This document shows positions 39,736 to 49,403 of a stretch of 64,000 bases of DNA, piece after piece (position 1 is the stretch's first letter; every line of letters starts with the position of its first letter). The notes beneath the pieces are model-generated. The model searched no databases. It saw only the letters and a list, made by a program, of their open reading frames with translations, and was not told where the DNA came from. Origin of the DNA: Candidatus Aenigmatarchaeota archaeon (GTDB taxonomy: Archaea; Aenigmatarchaeota; Aenigmatarchaeia; GW2011-AR5); assembly GCA_043799385.1 (NCBI GenBank), contig JAZDNV010000001.1:102250-166249 (forward strand), read 5' to 3'. The position numbers were made by a program, and so were the translations under genes.

Positions 39736-40770
39736 TTAAATTATTTTCTCTTTATATAAGAACTCTCTTATCTCGTTCTTTGTCATCGGTTTTGCATCCC
39801 TGGAGCAGTATCCGCCTTTTACAGGTTTGCCGCTGTACTTCACATCCTTTTTGAAATGTTCAAGGTGCGGCGTATATATGTGCGGCAATATTATGAACAT
39901 ATCATCGGTTTCCAATGCATTACTGGCTTCTTCAGCAGTCATCAACTCTTCATGGATCTTCTCGCCGTTTCTCATTCCAACGGTTTCGACCTTTATTTTT
40001 TCGGGTTTGAAGCCGTATTTTGGCGCAAGCTCCTCTATCATCACTTCGGCTAAGTCAACGACCCTGAGAACAGGCATCTTAAGTATGAATATCTCACCCT
40101 CCTTCATCTCTGCACATGCTTTTAGTATCAGCTTAACAGCCTGATTGATAGACATAACAAATCGTGTCATCCCAGAATCTGTTATTGTCACGGGACCGCC
40201 CTTTGCAATCTGCTCCCTGAACAGCGGTATAACAGAACCGCTGGAGCCTAAGACGTTGCCGAAACGGACGCATGCGAACTTCGTTTCCCTCCACTTGTAA
40301 TAATAAGTAGCCAGAACAAGCCTTTCAGACAGGAGCTTTGTTGCTCCCAAGGTGCTGACAGGATTAACAGCTTTGTCAGTGCTTATCGCCAAGAAGCGGT
40401 CAACGTCTTCTTCCAACGCCGCTTCGATGAGATTCTGCGTTCCTGCAACGTTTGTTTTGAACGCTTCGAATGGGTTGTATTCGCATAAAGGTATATGCTT
40501 CAGCGCTGCTGCATGAAATATTATGTCAATTCCCTTGACAGCCATTTTTAATCTGCTAATGTCGCGAACATCGCCCAGAAGGAACCGTAGGTTATGGTTA
40601 TTCTTCAATTCCCTATAGACTTCAACCTGCTTGGCTTCGTTTCGGCTAAAAATCCTTATCTGTGCTGGCTTGTATTTCAAAAGTTCTTTGACTATTTCCA
40701 GGCCTATCGAGCCAGTACCGCCTGTCACGAGAATCTTTTTACCTTCAAAGAAATTTTTCATAGATATCAT
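39736..40770 (-). CDS. UDP-GlcNAc 4,6-dehydratase family (CapD/PseB-like)
   Basis: TGGTGSIG, HAAALKH, STDKAVNP, RFGNVLGSSGSV, GEKIHEE. Confidence 0.9.
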   Translation of the reverse strand: MISMKNFFEGKKILVTGGTGSIGLEIVKELLKYKPAQIRIFSRNEAKQVEVYRELKNNHNLRFLLGDVRDISRLKMAVKGIDIIFHAAALKHIPLCEYNPFEAFKTNVAGTQNLIEAALEEDVDRFLAISTDKAVNPVSTLGATKLLSERLVLATYYYKWRETKFACVRFGNVLGSSGSVIPLFREQIAKGGPVTITDSGMTRFVMSINQAVKLILKACAEMKEGEIFILKMPVLRVVDLAEVMIEELAPKYGFKPEKIKVETVGMRNGEKIHEELMTAEEASNALETDDMFIILPHIYTPHLEHFKKDVKYSGKPVKGGYCSRDAKPMTKNEIREFLYKEKII

Positions 40771-40785
40771 CTTTATGAAATCCTT

Positions 40786-41490
40786 TTAAACATTATTTTG
40801 TTTATTTTTCAAAACCGATTCTATGAATTCAAAATCCAATGCCGTATCTATATCCAGCGAGCTCGTGTGGTCCATTATGATAGCGCTGCAGTCTTTGGTT
40901 ATAAGAACCCTCCTTTTCAGCAAAGCACTGGTCTTCGTTATATAAACTGCGCCGTTTGGCTGGTAAACTTTTGGCAGTTGCTGGCGCTCAAGGCAGAAAT
41001 AATCTGTTTTCGATTTAACGAATGGATACAATCGTTTATTCTTGTATTCGACCAGCCAGAAAGGCGGGAATTCCGCTTCCTTAACGCTCATCAGCGACTC
41101 GGATTTAGTCTTTAGTATCGTTTTTATTCCAAGCGAGATGTGTTCTGCCTTTCTCAAAGGCGAGGTAGGCTGCAGCGTAACTACGTAATCTGGATAATAC
41201 CCGTTTTTTTCCAGCTGTTTTACTGCATGTATTATCACAGGCGGCGTGTGCGTCGTATCTTTTGCCAGATGAGACGGTCGCATGAACGGAACTTCTGCGC
41301 CATAGCTTTTTGATACTTCTGCAATCTCCCTGCTGTCTGTAGTGACTATAACGCGGTCAAGCTCTTTGCACTTCAAAGCGCCTTCTATCGAATAGGCTAT
41401 CAACGGTTTGCCGTTTAATGGTCTGATATTCTTGCCCGGTAGCCCTTTCGACCCGCCGCGTGCAAGAATCACGCCGAGAAATTTCTTCAT
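40786..41490 (-). CDS. neuA: Acylneuraminate (nonulosonate) cytidylyltransferase family
   Basis: ARGGSKGLPGKN, LQPTSPLR, RQ, NGAVY, DID..D. Confidence 0.88.
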   Translation of the reverse strand: MKKFLGVILARGGSKGLPGKNIRPLNGKPLIAYSIEGALKCKELDRVIVTTDSREIAEVSKSYGAEVPFMRPSHLAKDTTHTPPVIIHAVKQLEKNGYYPDYVVTLQPTSPLRKAEHISLGIKTILKTKSESLMSVKEAEFPPFWLVEYKNKRLYPFVKSKTDYFCLERQQLPKVYQPNGAVYITKTSALLKRRVLITKDCSAIIMDHTSSLDIDTALDFEFIESVLKNKQNNV

Positions 41491-41528
41491 AATTATCGAT
41501 TACGGGCTAAGCTTAAAAATCTATAGAA

Positions 41529-42542
41529 CTATAACCCTGGGAAAAGACTTGCTTGGTCTATTCTCACCATTGCATGCGGATTGGTATTAGAATAATTCTT
41601 CCCGGTTTTAGTGTCAAGGTCAGGTCTGTAGTCGAATGAAGCCAGATAACCTGCTGATTCTAAAAATCCCATTATATCAGTCATCTTTCTTTTATATCTT
41701 TTGCTCCTATGTTCAGTTTCGGTGAAGTAGCCGTGTGGATAAGCGTACATGGATACATCCTTACCAGTTATTGACTCTAGCTTTATTTTCGGGGCTGTTA
41801 TTTCAGATTCATACCACTTTTTATTAAGGGTTGTGAGCACGAAGTGGCTTGCCGAATGGCATCCTATTCTTACGCCATTTTCTGATAAATTCCTTACTTC
41901 ACCCTCATTTGAAAACAACTGCCTTGCCATTATCTCTTCATCACTATTGGAAAACATGCTGTAAAATATAGAGTCTATTACGCCCTTCTTCAGTTCAGAA
42001 GGCAGGATAAAATGAATGGCGTACTTGAGTGTCCTGGCATCGGGTCTTTCAAGCTGATAGTAGAATTCCGCTTCCTTTGCATGTTTTTCAAAGATGCCAT
42101 TAAGATTGGGATTCAAATCCAGCATTTTTTTCAGAGATGATTTTGCTTCCATCATTATTTTATCAGAACCGAACATGCCTATCAGTGCCTGTAGCTTGTA
42201 TGTTGGCGGTAGTTTTCCCTCCATCATGTCGGTATTTATGAAAAATGTTGCTGGTATGCCATATTTTTGAAGTAGAGGGAGAAGCATATCATGTTCATAT
42301 CCCTCATCAAATGTTATCGACAAAGAATTATCATCTAGTTTTTCATTATCTCTAAGTTTTTTTGAGGCATGTTCCAAATCAATAATGTTATATTTTCTCT
42401 TTCTTGCAATCATCATTTGCGCTTCAAATCTTCTGATATCGCAATGCAATCCCGCAAGCTCGAAACTATCATCACCTATTACGGCTCTTGGTGGTTCTCT
42501 ACCTACATGGTGATATGTGATGACTAAAAGGTTCCCGGTCAT
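41529..42542 (-). CDS. Polysaccharide deacetylase (CE4/NodB) family
   Basis: YH, TFDEG, ATFFI, GCHSASH, AYPHG. Confidence 0.8.
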   Translation of the reverse strand: MTGNLLVITYHHVGREPPRAVIGDDSFELAGLHCDIRRFEAQMMIARKRKYNIIDLEHASKKLRDNEKLDDNSLSITFDEGYEHDMLLPLLQKYGIPATFFINTDMMEGKLPPTYKLQALIGMFGSDKIMMEAKSSLKKMLDLNPNLNGIFEKHAKEAEFYYQLERPDARTLKYAIHFILPSELKKGVIDSIFYSMFSNSDEEIMARQLFSNEGEVRNLSENGVRIGCHSASHFVLTTLNKKWYESEITAPKIKLESITGKDVSMYAYPHGYFTETEHRSKRYKRKMTDIMGFLESAGYLASFDYRPDLDTKTGKNYSNTNPHAMVRIDQASLFPGL

Positions 42543-42575
42543 TTTCCGATATAAGAAGCAAAAATTTAAATATGG

Positions 42576-43592
42576 CTATTTCTTCATCGATGTTAGCCTG
42601 GGTATTACCCTTCTCTTCCTGTTTTTCAAAGGCAATCTTACCCCTTTTCCGGATTTGCTCGATTCGTGTATCGCCATCGCGATTTCGACTGCCTTCATTC
42701 CGTCCACTCCTGTGCAAGAGGGCTTCTCGCCTTTTTCAATGCAATCTATTATCTCTTCTACCGCAAGAACCAGCGGCGACCCTGCAATTACTTTTGGAAA
42801 CTTTGCCGGGTACAGCTTTTTTATTCCCACATCTTTTGGCAGCATAAGTCTGATGTCTTCAATCATCTCATTGCATTTTATCGCTCCGGCAGAGCCGAAT
42901 ACGCTGAAATACCACAAAACATATTCGTTCCAGTCGCTATCGATGATGGCCACTGCGCCGTTTTTAAATTTTAATAAGGCATTACCGCCCGGGTCGTTCT
43001 CATTTACATTTATAGTGCCATAAACAGAAACAAGGTCGCCTGCAAAAAACCGCAACAAATCAAAAAGGTGCGTTCCTGCGTTCATCAGGCCGATTGGGCA
43101 GAACCCCTGCATCATCTTTAGTTCGCCGATGCTATTCTTTTCTATCATTTCCTTGATTTTTCTGTAGTGCGGATACCACCTTCGTGTATGGTCGACAGAA
43201 AGAACAACACCGTTCTTTTTGCAGGATTTTATCATTTTCTCGCATTCATCTATGCTGACTGCCATCGGTTTTTCGCAGAATATCGCTTTTACACCGGATT
43301 CGGCTGCTCTTTCTACAATGCTGCAATGCAGCGGTGCATGTGTACATACGCTGACAATATCTATTTTTTCGTTTTTCAGCATTTTTTCATAATCAGTATA
43401 CGTGTTTCGTATGTTCCATTTCTTTGAGAAGTAATCAAGTCGTGTTTTATCAACATCGCATGCTGCAACTAGCTTCACGTTTTTTACCGCTTTGTAGGCG
43501 CCTGCATGGCCGAACGGTTTTTTTGCCAACGGCTGTGAACCAAGCTCGTCCGCGATTCTACCACAACCGATTATTGCAGCGTTGTATGTCAT
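42576..43592 (-). CDS. Gfo/Idh/MocA family oxidoreductase
   Basis: IIGCGRI, CEKPMA, GTHLFD. ATG 43592 follows a GAGG RBS. Confidence 0.9.
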   Translation of the reverse strand: MTYNAAIIGCGRIADELGSQPLAKKPFGHAGAYKAVKNVKLVAACDVDKTRLDYFSKKWNIRNTYTDYEKMLKNEKIDIVSVCTHAPLHCSIVERAAESGVKAIFCEKPMAVSIDECEKMIKSCKKNGVVLSVDHTRRWYPHYRKIKEMIEKNSIGELKMMQGFCPIGLMNAGTHLFDLLRFFAGDLVSVYGTINVNENDPGGNALLKFKNGAVAIIDSDWNEYVLWYFSVFGSAGAIKCNEMIEDIRLMLPKDVGIKKLYPAKFPKVIAGSPLVLAVEEIIDCIEKGEKPSCTGVDGMKAVEIAMAIHESSKSGKGVRLPLKNRKRRVIPRLTSMKK

Positions 43593-43715
43593 TTTCAAAA
43601 CCTCAGCTAAATTTCATTATCTTGAGTTTTGAAAAGTCATTTACAGATGACATTTTCAAAACACCTCAACTCCATTGTTTTGAATTGGGATGCTCGTGAT
43701 TGCAGAGAATCTCAT
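43592..43715 (-). other. Two chained mini-ORFs, each overlapping an RBS-sequestering hairpin
   Basis: MRFSAITSIPIQNNGVEVF (43715-43656) and MSSVNDFSKLKIMKFS (43653-43603). IRs at 43655-43663/43676-43684 and 43592-43601/43626-43635. Confidence 0.45.
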
Positions 43716-44974
43716 CTGAATTCGCTCTTGTTTTCGATTATTTTCTTGATTGCGTTTACAACATCCTTCATGTCATCTATCGTCGCTGGCGGTCTTGCAA
43801 CAGAGAACCATATAGCTTTCTTGCATAATTCTTCTGCAACCTTGCAATTGCATTTCTTGTAATCCAAGCTGCCTTTATAGAAGCTGCAGTTGAACGGACA
43901 ACCCTGATTGCCGTAGACGATTTTTTCCCGGAACAATGGATTCTTGTATAGCGGATGTGGATAGCCAAAGGCGTTTGGTATGCCTTCGGCCTTCAGCGCT
44001 TCGGAAAAGTCTTTTATTGGTATACCAACCTTATTCTCATCGTATTCTATTGCATACAAATGGTAAACATGCTTTATGTCCTTTGAATCGTGCGGCGTCT
44101 TTACACCATTCATGCGCAGATTTTTGGACAGAAATTTAGCAAGCTTTATCTTACCGTCATTAAGTTTGTTCAATTTCTTTAACTGGACAATGCCTATTGC
44201 TGCTTCCATCTCGGTCATACGGTAGTTCCAGCCAAGAATATTTGAAAGATACTCGCGCTTTTTCCCCTCGACAATGACTTCGCCGTGGTTTCGAATCATT
44301 CTACAACGTTCTGCTAACTGCAGGTCGTTGGTTATTATCATTCCACCCTCGCCTGTCGCCACGTCTTTTTTCTCCTGGAAGCTGAAGCAACCGATATCGC
44401 CAATAGTTCCTACTAATCTGCCCTTATATTTCGCGCCTATCGCCTGGGCAGCGTCTTCGATGATATTTAGCTTGTGCCTTTTTGCAATTTCCATTATACC
44501 ATCCATATCTGCCGGGTGGCCAAGAAGATGGACTGGTATTATCGCCTTTGTTCTAGGTGTTATCGCTTTGCGGATTTCGTTTGGGTCCAGGCAGTACGAA
44601 TCCTTATCAATATCAGCAAAAATCGGTATGGCGTTGTGCATCAAAACGCTCGTTGCAGTAGACGTGAACGTATAAGGAGGAACAATGACCTCGTCTCCCG
44701 GGCCGATGCCACACGCGGCTATTGCGGCGTGCAACGCTGCTGTTCCGGAATTGACAGCTATGGCGTATTTTGAATTGTGATACTCAGCGAATCGCTTTTC
44801 GAATTCCTTTATCGTTTTGCCACCGAGAAAATTGGGTTTTAGCGTTGAGAACGTTGATAGTTCGCCGCTCTTCAATACATTCATAACTGCGTTTATCTCT
44901 TCCCTACTGATTACCAACCATTTTGGCCATTGACTTTTTCTTATCGGTTTTCCGCCATGAATCGCTAAGTTCGT
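43712..44974 (-). CDS. DegT/DnrJ/EryC1/StrS aminotransferase (probable non-canonical start)
   Basis: NSGTAAL, EDAAQA, SFQEKK..TGEGG, GWNYR. The frame continues upstream of the called TTG through the family-typical LAIHGGKP to an ACG at 44974. Confidence 0.88.
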   Translation of the reverse strand, partial: TNLAIHGGKPIRKSQWPKWLVISREEINAVMNVLKSGELSTFSTLKPNFLGGKTIKEFEKRFAEYHNSKYAIAVNSGTAALHAAIAACGIGPGDEVIVPPYTFTSTATSVLMHNAIPIFADIDKDSYCLDPNEIRKAITPRTKAIIPVHLLGHPADMDGIMEIAKRHKLNIIEDAAQAIGAKYKGRLVGTIGDIGCFSFQEKKDVATGEGGMIITNDLQLAERCRMIRNHGEVIVEGKKREYLSNILGWNYRMTEMEAAIGIVQLKKLNKLNDGKIKLAKFLSKNLRMNGVKTPHDSKDIKHVYHLYAIEYDENKVGIPIKDFSEALKAEGIPNAFGYPHPLYKNPLFREKIVYGNQGCPFNCSFYKGSLDYKKCNCKVAEELCKKAIWFSVARPPATIDDMKDVVNAIKKIIENKSEFR

Positions 44975-44976
44975 AA

Positions 44977-46419
44977 CTACACACCCTTTGATAATTTATT
45001 TTGCTGCTTTATATTTAATAGTGTTTTTATCACATGCATGCTCAAATAACCGAACCGCGGTAATCCAACGTCCTTGCATTTCTTCAATGCCATAAAAGGC
45101 AGGAATAGCGCGTTATTTTTCATATAGTTGATAAACATCCTTCTCTGGGCTTCTTCCTTTAACCGTTTCAGTTCATCGTCCGAGAAATCAGTCATGTTCA
45201 GGTATATCCTCTCGCCGAAGCCTGTGCCATCGCCAAATCTTGATAAATATTCATCATCATCTTTAACCAATCCTTTTCTCTTGACCTCCGCCCAGACAGG
45301 CGTTCCTGGGTAAGGGGTGAAATAAAAGAAGTATTCAAGTTCATTAACCTTTTTCATATATCTTACCGTATCCTCTATCGATTCCTTTGTTTCACCTGGT
45401 ATGCCTATCATTATCGAGACGCGTGGATGAACGCCGGCCTTCTTTGCATTCATCACACCTTCATACTGCTGCTCCAGAGTGACGCCTTTTCTTATTGTAT
45501 TGAGATTCTTTTGATTAGCGCTCTCTATGCCGTATAGCAATGCAACGCAGCCGGATTTCTTCATGAGTTTCAAAAGCTCGAGGTCAGAGACATTCACGCG
45601 GCCAGCTGCATCCCATGTTATGTTCATCTTTTTCTCTATCAGCAGGTTGCAGAATTTAACGACACGGTCGCGGTTGACTACGAATGTTTCATCACTGAAA
45701 CTGAATCTTGAAACTTTGTATTTCTCTTTCAGGACTTCCATCTCCTCGATTATATTCTCCGGGCTTCGCAATCGCGATTGATTGTGAAAAGCGTCGTTGC
45801 AGTATATGCATTTGTACGGGCATCCACGACCAGTCAATAGGTTCATGCTGTTGAAATCCCCGTAGCCGTATATATGGTATTTCAGGTATATCTCTATCGG
45901 AAATATGTCCCAGGCAGGGAACGGCACATCATCCAGGTTTTGTATCAGTGGTCGCGGCGCAGTTTTTACTATTTTTCTACCAGTTCTGAAGTAGATGCCT
46001 CTTACTTTATTGAGGTTGCCATTCTTTTCCAGGGTCTTTGCCAGATCGACTGCAGTAAGCTCGCCTTCTCCAACGACGACTACGTCAACCACTGTTTTTT
46101 GAAGAAGCAGCTCAGGAACAATAGTCGCCAACGGCCCGCCAATCACGATTTTCTTTTTTGGGTGCAACTCTTTTATCTTCCCGACAAGCTTCTTTATGTA
46201 GTTGTACTGGGTAACGATCCCAGTCAAGCCGATGACGTCAAAATCATAATCTTTGAGTCTTTTTATCGCATCTTCTATTGTGTATTTGTTCGCATGCATA
46301 TCTAACGCTTGCACGTTATGGCCGGCATCTATCAGGTATCTGGCTACATAACCGAGACCCAACGGAAATGACGTTGGCTCGCGGCCAATCACTCTGGGAT
46401 GAATTAATAGTATCTTCAT
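44977..46419 (-). CDS. B12-binding domain radical SAM protein
   Basis: PLGLGY, GGP, GEGE, GRGCPYKCIYC, GIES, PYPGT. Confidence 0.92.
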   Translation of the reverse strand: MKILLIHPRVIGREPTSFPLGLGYVARYLIDAGHNVQALDMHANKYTIEDAIKRLKDYDFDVIGLTGIVTQYNYIKKLVGKIKELHPKKKIVIGGPLATIVPELLLQKTVVDVVVVGEGELTAVDLAKTLEKNGNLNKVRGIYFRTGRKIVKTAPRPLIQNLDDVPFPAWDIFPIEIYLKYHIYGYGDFNSMNLLTGRGCPYKCIYCNDAFHNQSRLRSPENIIEEMEVLKEKYKVSRFSFSDETFVVNRDRVVKFCNLLIEKKMNITWDAAGRVNVSDLELLKLMKKSGCVALLYGIESANQKNLNTIRKGVTLEQQYEGVMNAKKAGVHPRVSIMIGIPGETKESIEDTVRYMKKVNELEYFFYFTPYPGTPVWAEVKRKGLVKDDDEYLSRFGDGTGFGERIYLNMTDFSDDELKRLKEEAQRRMFINYMKNNALFLPFMALKKCKDVGLPRFGYLSMHVIKTLLNIKQQNKLSKGV

Positions 46420-46449
46420 GCTCTCACTAATAAGACAGAAAATTTAAAT

Positions 46450-47916
46450 TCATTTCTTGCCGCGCAATCGGTTTATTATTTTTATTTCCCTCTTATCGAA
46501 GACTTTGAAAACGAACAGCAGCGCTGCGTAAACCAGAAATCCTAACGCGAAGACGGCTATTTTTTCAACCAGTACCTGTGGATTCAACAGCCACATGACC
46601 AGGCCAGAGACTACGGCCGCGGTCAGCACTTTATGCACGGCAAGGTAACGATAATCGATTGATACATGCTTTTTGCAGTAAAAATACATCATGAGGAACA
46701 TGATGAAATAGCTAACGGTTGTTGCGATAGCTGCGCCGTACATCCCAAACCTTGATATCAATAGTATATTCAATGCTATGTTTATTGCAGCGCTGGTTAT
46801 GTATATGGCCGGTATAATCTTTGTTCTGCCCCTGAGCAGGATGTTCTGGTAAAACAAGAATACCATCGCTGCGAATAGAGGAAATGGTATTAGAAACGGC
46901 ATTATCGCAGCCGCATCAGCGTACGCAGGACCGGATATCATGCCGACAACCTGATAACCAAGGCTCAGCATGAACGCCATGAACGGCAGTATTGTGACGA
47001 TGTTGTATTTCAATGCAATATTAAAAAGCAGGTTATGGTCGCCTTTTCTGTTCCACGCCTCAGCTATGTACGGCTGGAGAACATTCGATACGGTTGCACC
47101 GAGAACGTATATGAGGTTGATGAGCGAATAGCCAAGCGAGAAGATGCCGACTGTTGCCGGATTTGTAAAATAGTTCAATACGTATCTGTTTCCCATCTCT
47201 ATGATTAAGCTGCCGAGAAAAATAAATATTACAGGCATGCTGAAAATCAACGCAGGGACTACTACACTCATTTCAATTCTCCATGATTTTAGCACAGAGA
47301 ACACATCCCTTGATTTAAGCGAGTAGAGGACGATCGCAACAACGCTAGAGAATAGCCATATCACAACCACACGCAGGATTGTCAATTCGCCAAATCCCAC
47401 GACAGCTGATAAAATCGCCACAAGTATTATCTGCTGGATAAAAAGTATTATGCTGTTTAATTCTATCTTCTTGTTTGCCACAAAGTACGCTGAATACAAT
47501 CGTGTGAGCGTCGAGATAAAAATTATAACGAACAAAAACTGCAACCCGAGGCTGAAGTTTTCTATTTTCATTATAGCCGACAGGAAACTCTGCGCAGGCG
47601 GTGTGATAAATATCACAGCAACTGCCAATAGGAATATCAGTTCAAAAAACATTAACGAAAAGAACGTGCTCATTTTCTTTTGATGCGGCAATCCTGGCAG
47701 CTTCGTTATTATGAACTGCGATAAACCCAACTCAAGCAATACTACAAGCGAGCTTACGGTGACCGCGAAGAGCGAGTATACACCATAGTCGTTGACCGTA
47801 AGGTTTCTAGTCAGCAGGAATATCAGCAGCGGGTTGATTATTATTGTAAGTATCAGACTAGCATAAGAAAAACTAATCTGCCTTATCATCCTGATGTATT
47901 CGCTCATATCAATCAA
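46450..47916 (-). CDS. Oligosaccharide flippase (Wzx/MOP superfamily)
   Basis: 12-14 TM segments, LTRNL..DYGVYS, LN..LI..FGMYGAAIAT. Confidence 0.88.
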   Translation of the reverse strand: MIDMSEYIRMIRQISFSYASLILTIIINPLLIFLLTRNLTVNDYGVYSLFAVTVSSLVVLLELGLSQFIITKLPGLPHQKKMSTFFSLMFFELIFLLAVAVIFITPPAQSFLSAIMKIENFSLGLQFLFVIIFISTLTRLYSAYFVANKKIELNSIILFIQQIILVAILSAVVGFGELTILRVVVIWLFSSVVAIVLYSLKSRDVFSVLKSWRIEMSVVVPALIFSMPVIFIFLGSLIIEMGNRYVLNYFTNPATVGIFSLGYSLINLIYVLGATVSNVLQPYIAEAWNRKGDHNLLFNIALKYNIVTILPFMAFMLSLGYQVVGMISGPAYADAAAIMPFLIPFPLFAAMVFLFYQNILLRGRTKIIPAIYITSAAINIALNILLISRFGMYGAAIATTVSYFIMFLMMYFYCKKHVSIDYRYLAVHKVLTAAVVSGLVMWLLNPQVLVEKIAVFALGFLVYAALLFVFKVFDKREIKIINRLRGKK

Positions 47917-49403
47917 GCTATCCTATAGATTTTAATTTTTGTATTTTTATTCTCGTAAACTAGGGTACCGTCTAACGGTACGTCCTTGTCAAACTTGCTG
48001 ATTACCATGTCGCTGTTTTCCGGATAAAAGACATATGATATGTTATAGTCAATAAAGTCCTCTGCAGTCGTTTTGTTAATGAACTCGAAAAAGACTATGC
48101 TATACGCATATCTATCGAATTTATACGAGTTGCACTGGCTGTTCGGTGTTAGGAATACTGCGTCTTTTTCCGTATTGCTCTTTATCCAGTTGAAATCATC
48201 CTCGTATTTATTCCACATGTCATTGGCGACAAAGGCTTTACCGAACTCGCCGGAAACGAAGATTATCGCAGATATCGCTATGAGTGCAACTACAGTCCTT
48301 TTATTTACGAATCTTTCAATTCCGAGTGCCCAGTATACAGCAAAAAATGTCATGGCAGGCAGTATGTACCTGATTATGAAGAGGTTGATTGTGAATGAAA
48401 TAAGGAGATTGAATATGAGAAATGAAATGAGGAGTATGTTTATCACATCAAAACCGAAGCTTCTCTTAACATTTCTCAACCCGACAAGGAAAAAGAAGAA
48501 AAATACCGCTGTCGCTGCTAGCCAGATTAAAGCCATGTATGGATTCAGGATTGTCAGATTATCAATATTTCCGTTTGGAACCCCGAATAAAGATAGGTAG
48601 AACGATGTCGAAAGGCTGGAAATATCAGCATTCAATTGGCCGAAGCCTAACTCAGATGTGGAGAAATCTTGGTAACCGCCAAATAGATTGTTGAAGTACG
48701 GCCAGATGGGATTGCCAAGATACATCCAGTCTCTCAAATACCAGGGCGATGCTATTGCAAATGCGACGATAATGAATATTGCCGATTTCTTTAGGAAATC
48801 TTTCCTTGTTTTTGTGAATATGATATAGAGGATGACCGGCAGCATGAAGAATGCGCTGACCTTTGCCAGAAGCGCCAATCCGGCTAATGCAGATGATAAA
48901 ATCAGGCGATCTTCAAGCATGTAATAGATGCTTGCCAAAACAAAAAACGCAAGCGTTGTATCGACATATCCAATAGAGCTTTCATACATATGCCCTGGTA
49001 TGAACGCCAGGAATACGGTGCTGTAGAATGCAGTTTTTGAGTTGAACAATTTTTTAACCAGCAGGAATGAATACAACAAAAACAAGCTGCCGAAAATAGG
49101 AGAGATGAGTTTTAGCGATATATCGCTAATCAGCCAATTGAAAGACAGGTAGCTTGCTGCTGTGAACAAGTGAAACAACGGCGGTGCCCAGAAGACGCTT
49201 CTTCCCAAAGGCTCGAACAATGGTATTGATAAATCTCTTCCAATGAATCGCGATGCAGAAAGGTGCCAGCACGCATCGCCGCTCACAGCAGAGATAACAG
49301 CCAAGGCGAATCTTATCACTATTGCCGCAAGTATTATCATCAGGGCGTATCTCGTATATTTATCTTTCACAGATTTTCTAATATCAAATCTCATTGAAAT
49401 CAC
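47913..49403 (-). CDS. GT-C glycosyltransferase (family 39/ArnT-like)
   Basis: Polytopic; GD..WH, PPLF, D..LA, K, PWY.R..GNP, RYILP. Confidence 0.8.
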   Translation of the reverse strand: MISMRFDIRKSVKDKYTRYALMIILAAIVIRFALAVISAVSGDACWHLSASRFIGRDLSIPLFEPLGRSVFWAPPLFHLFTAASYLSFNWLISDISLKLISPIFGSLFLLYSFLLVKKLFNSKTAFYSTVFLAFIPGHMYESSIGYVDTTLAFFVLASIYYMLEDRLILSSALAGLALLAKVSAFFMLPVILYIIFTKTRKDFLKKSAIFIIVAFAIASPWYLRDWMYLGNPIWPYFNNLFGGYQDFSTSELGFGQLNADISSLSTSFYLSLFGVPNGNIDNLTILNPYMALIWLAATAVFFFFFLVGLRNVKRSFGFDVINILLISFLIFNLLISFTINLFIIRYILPAMTFFAVYWALGIERFVNKRTVVALIAISAIIFVSGEFGKAFVANDMWNKYEDDFNWIKSNTEKDAVFLTPNSQCNSYKFDRYAYSIVFFEFINKTTAEDFIDYNISYVFYPENSDMVISKFDKDVPLDGTLVYENKNTKIKIYRIA

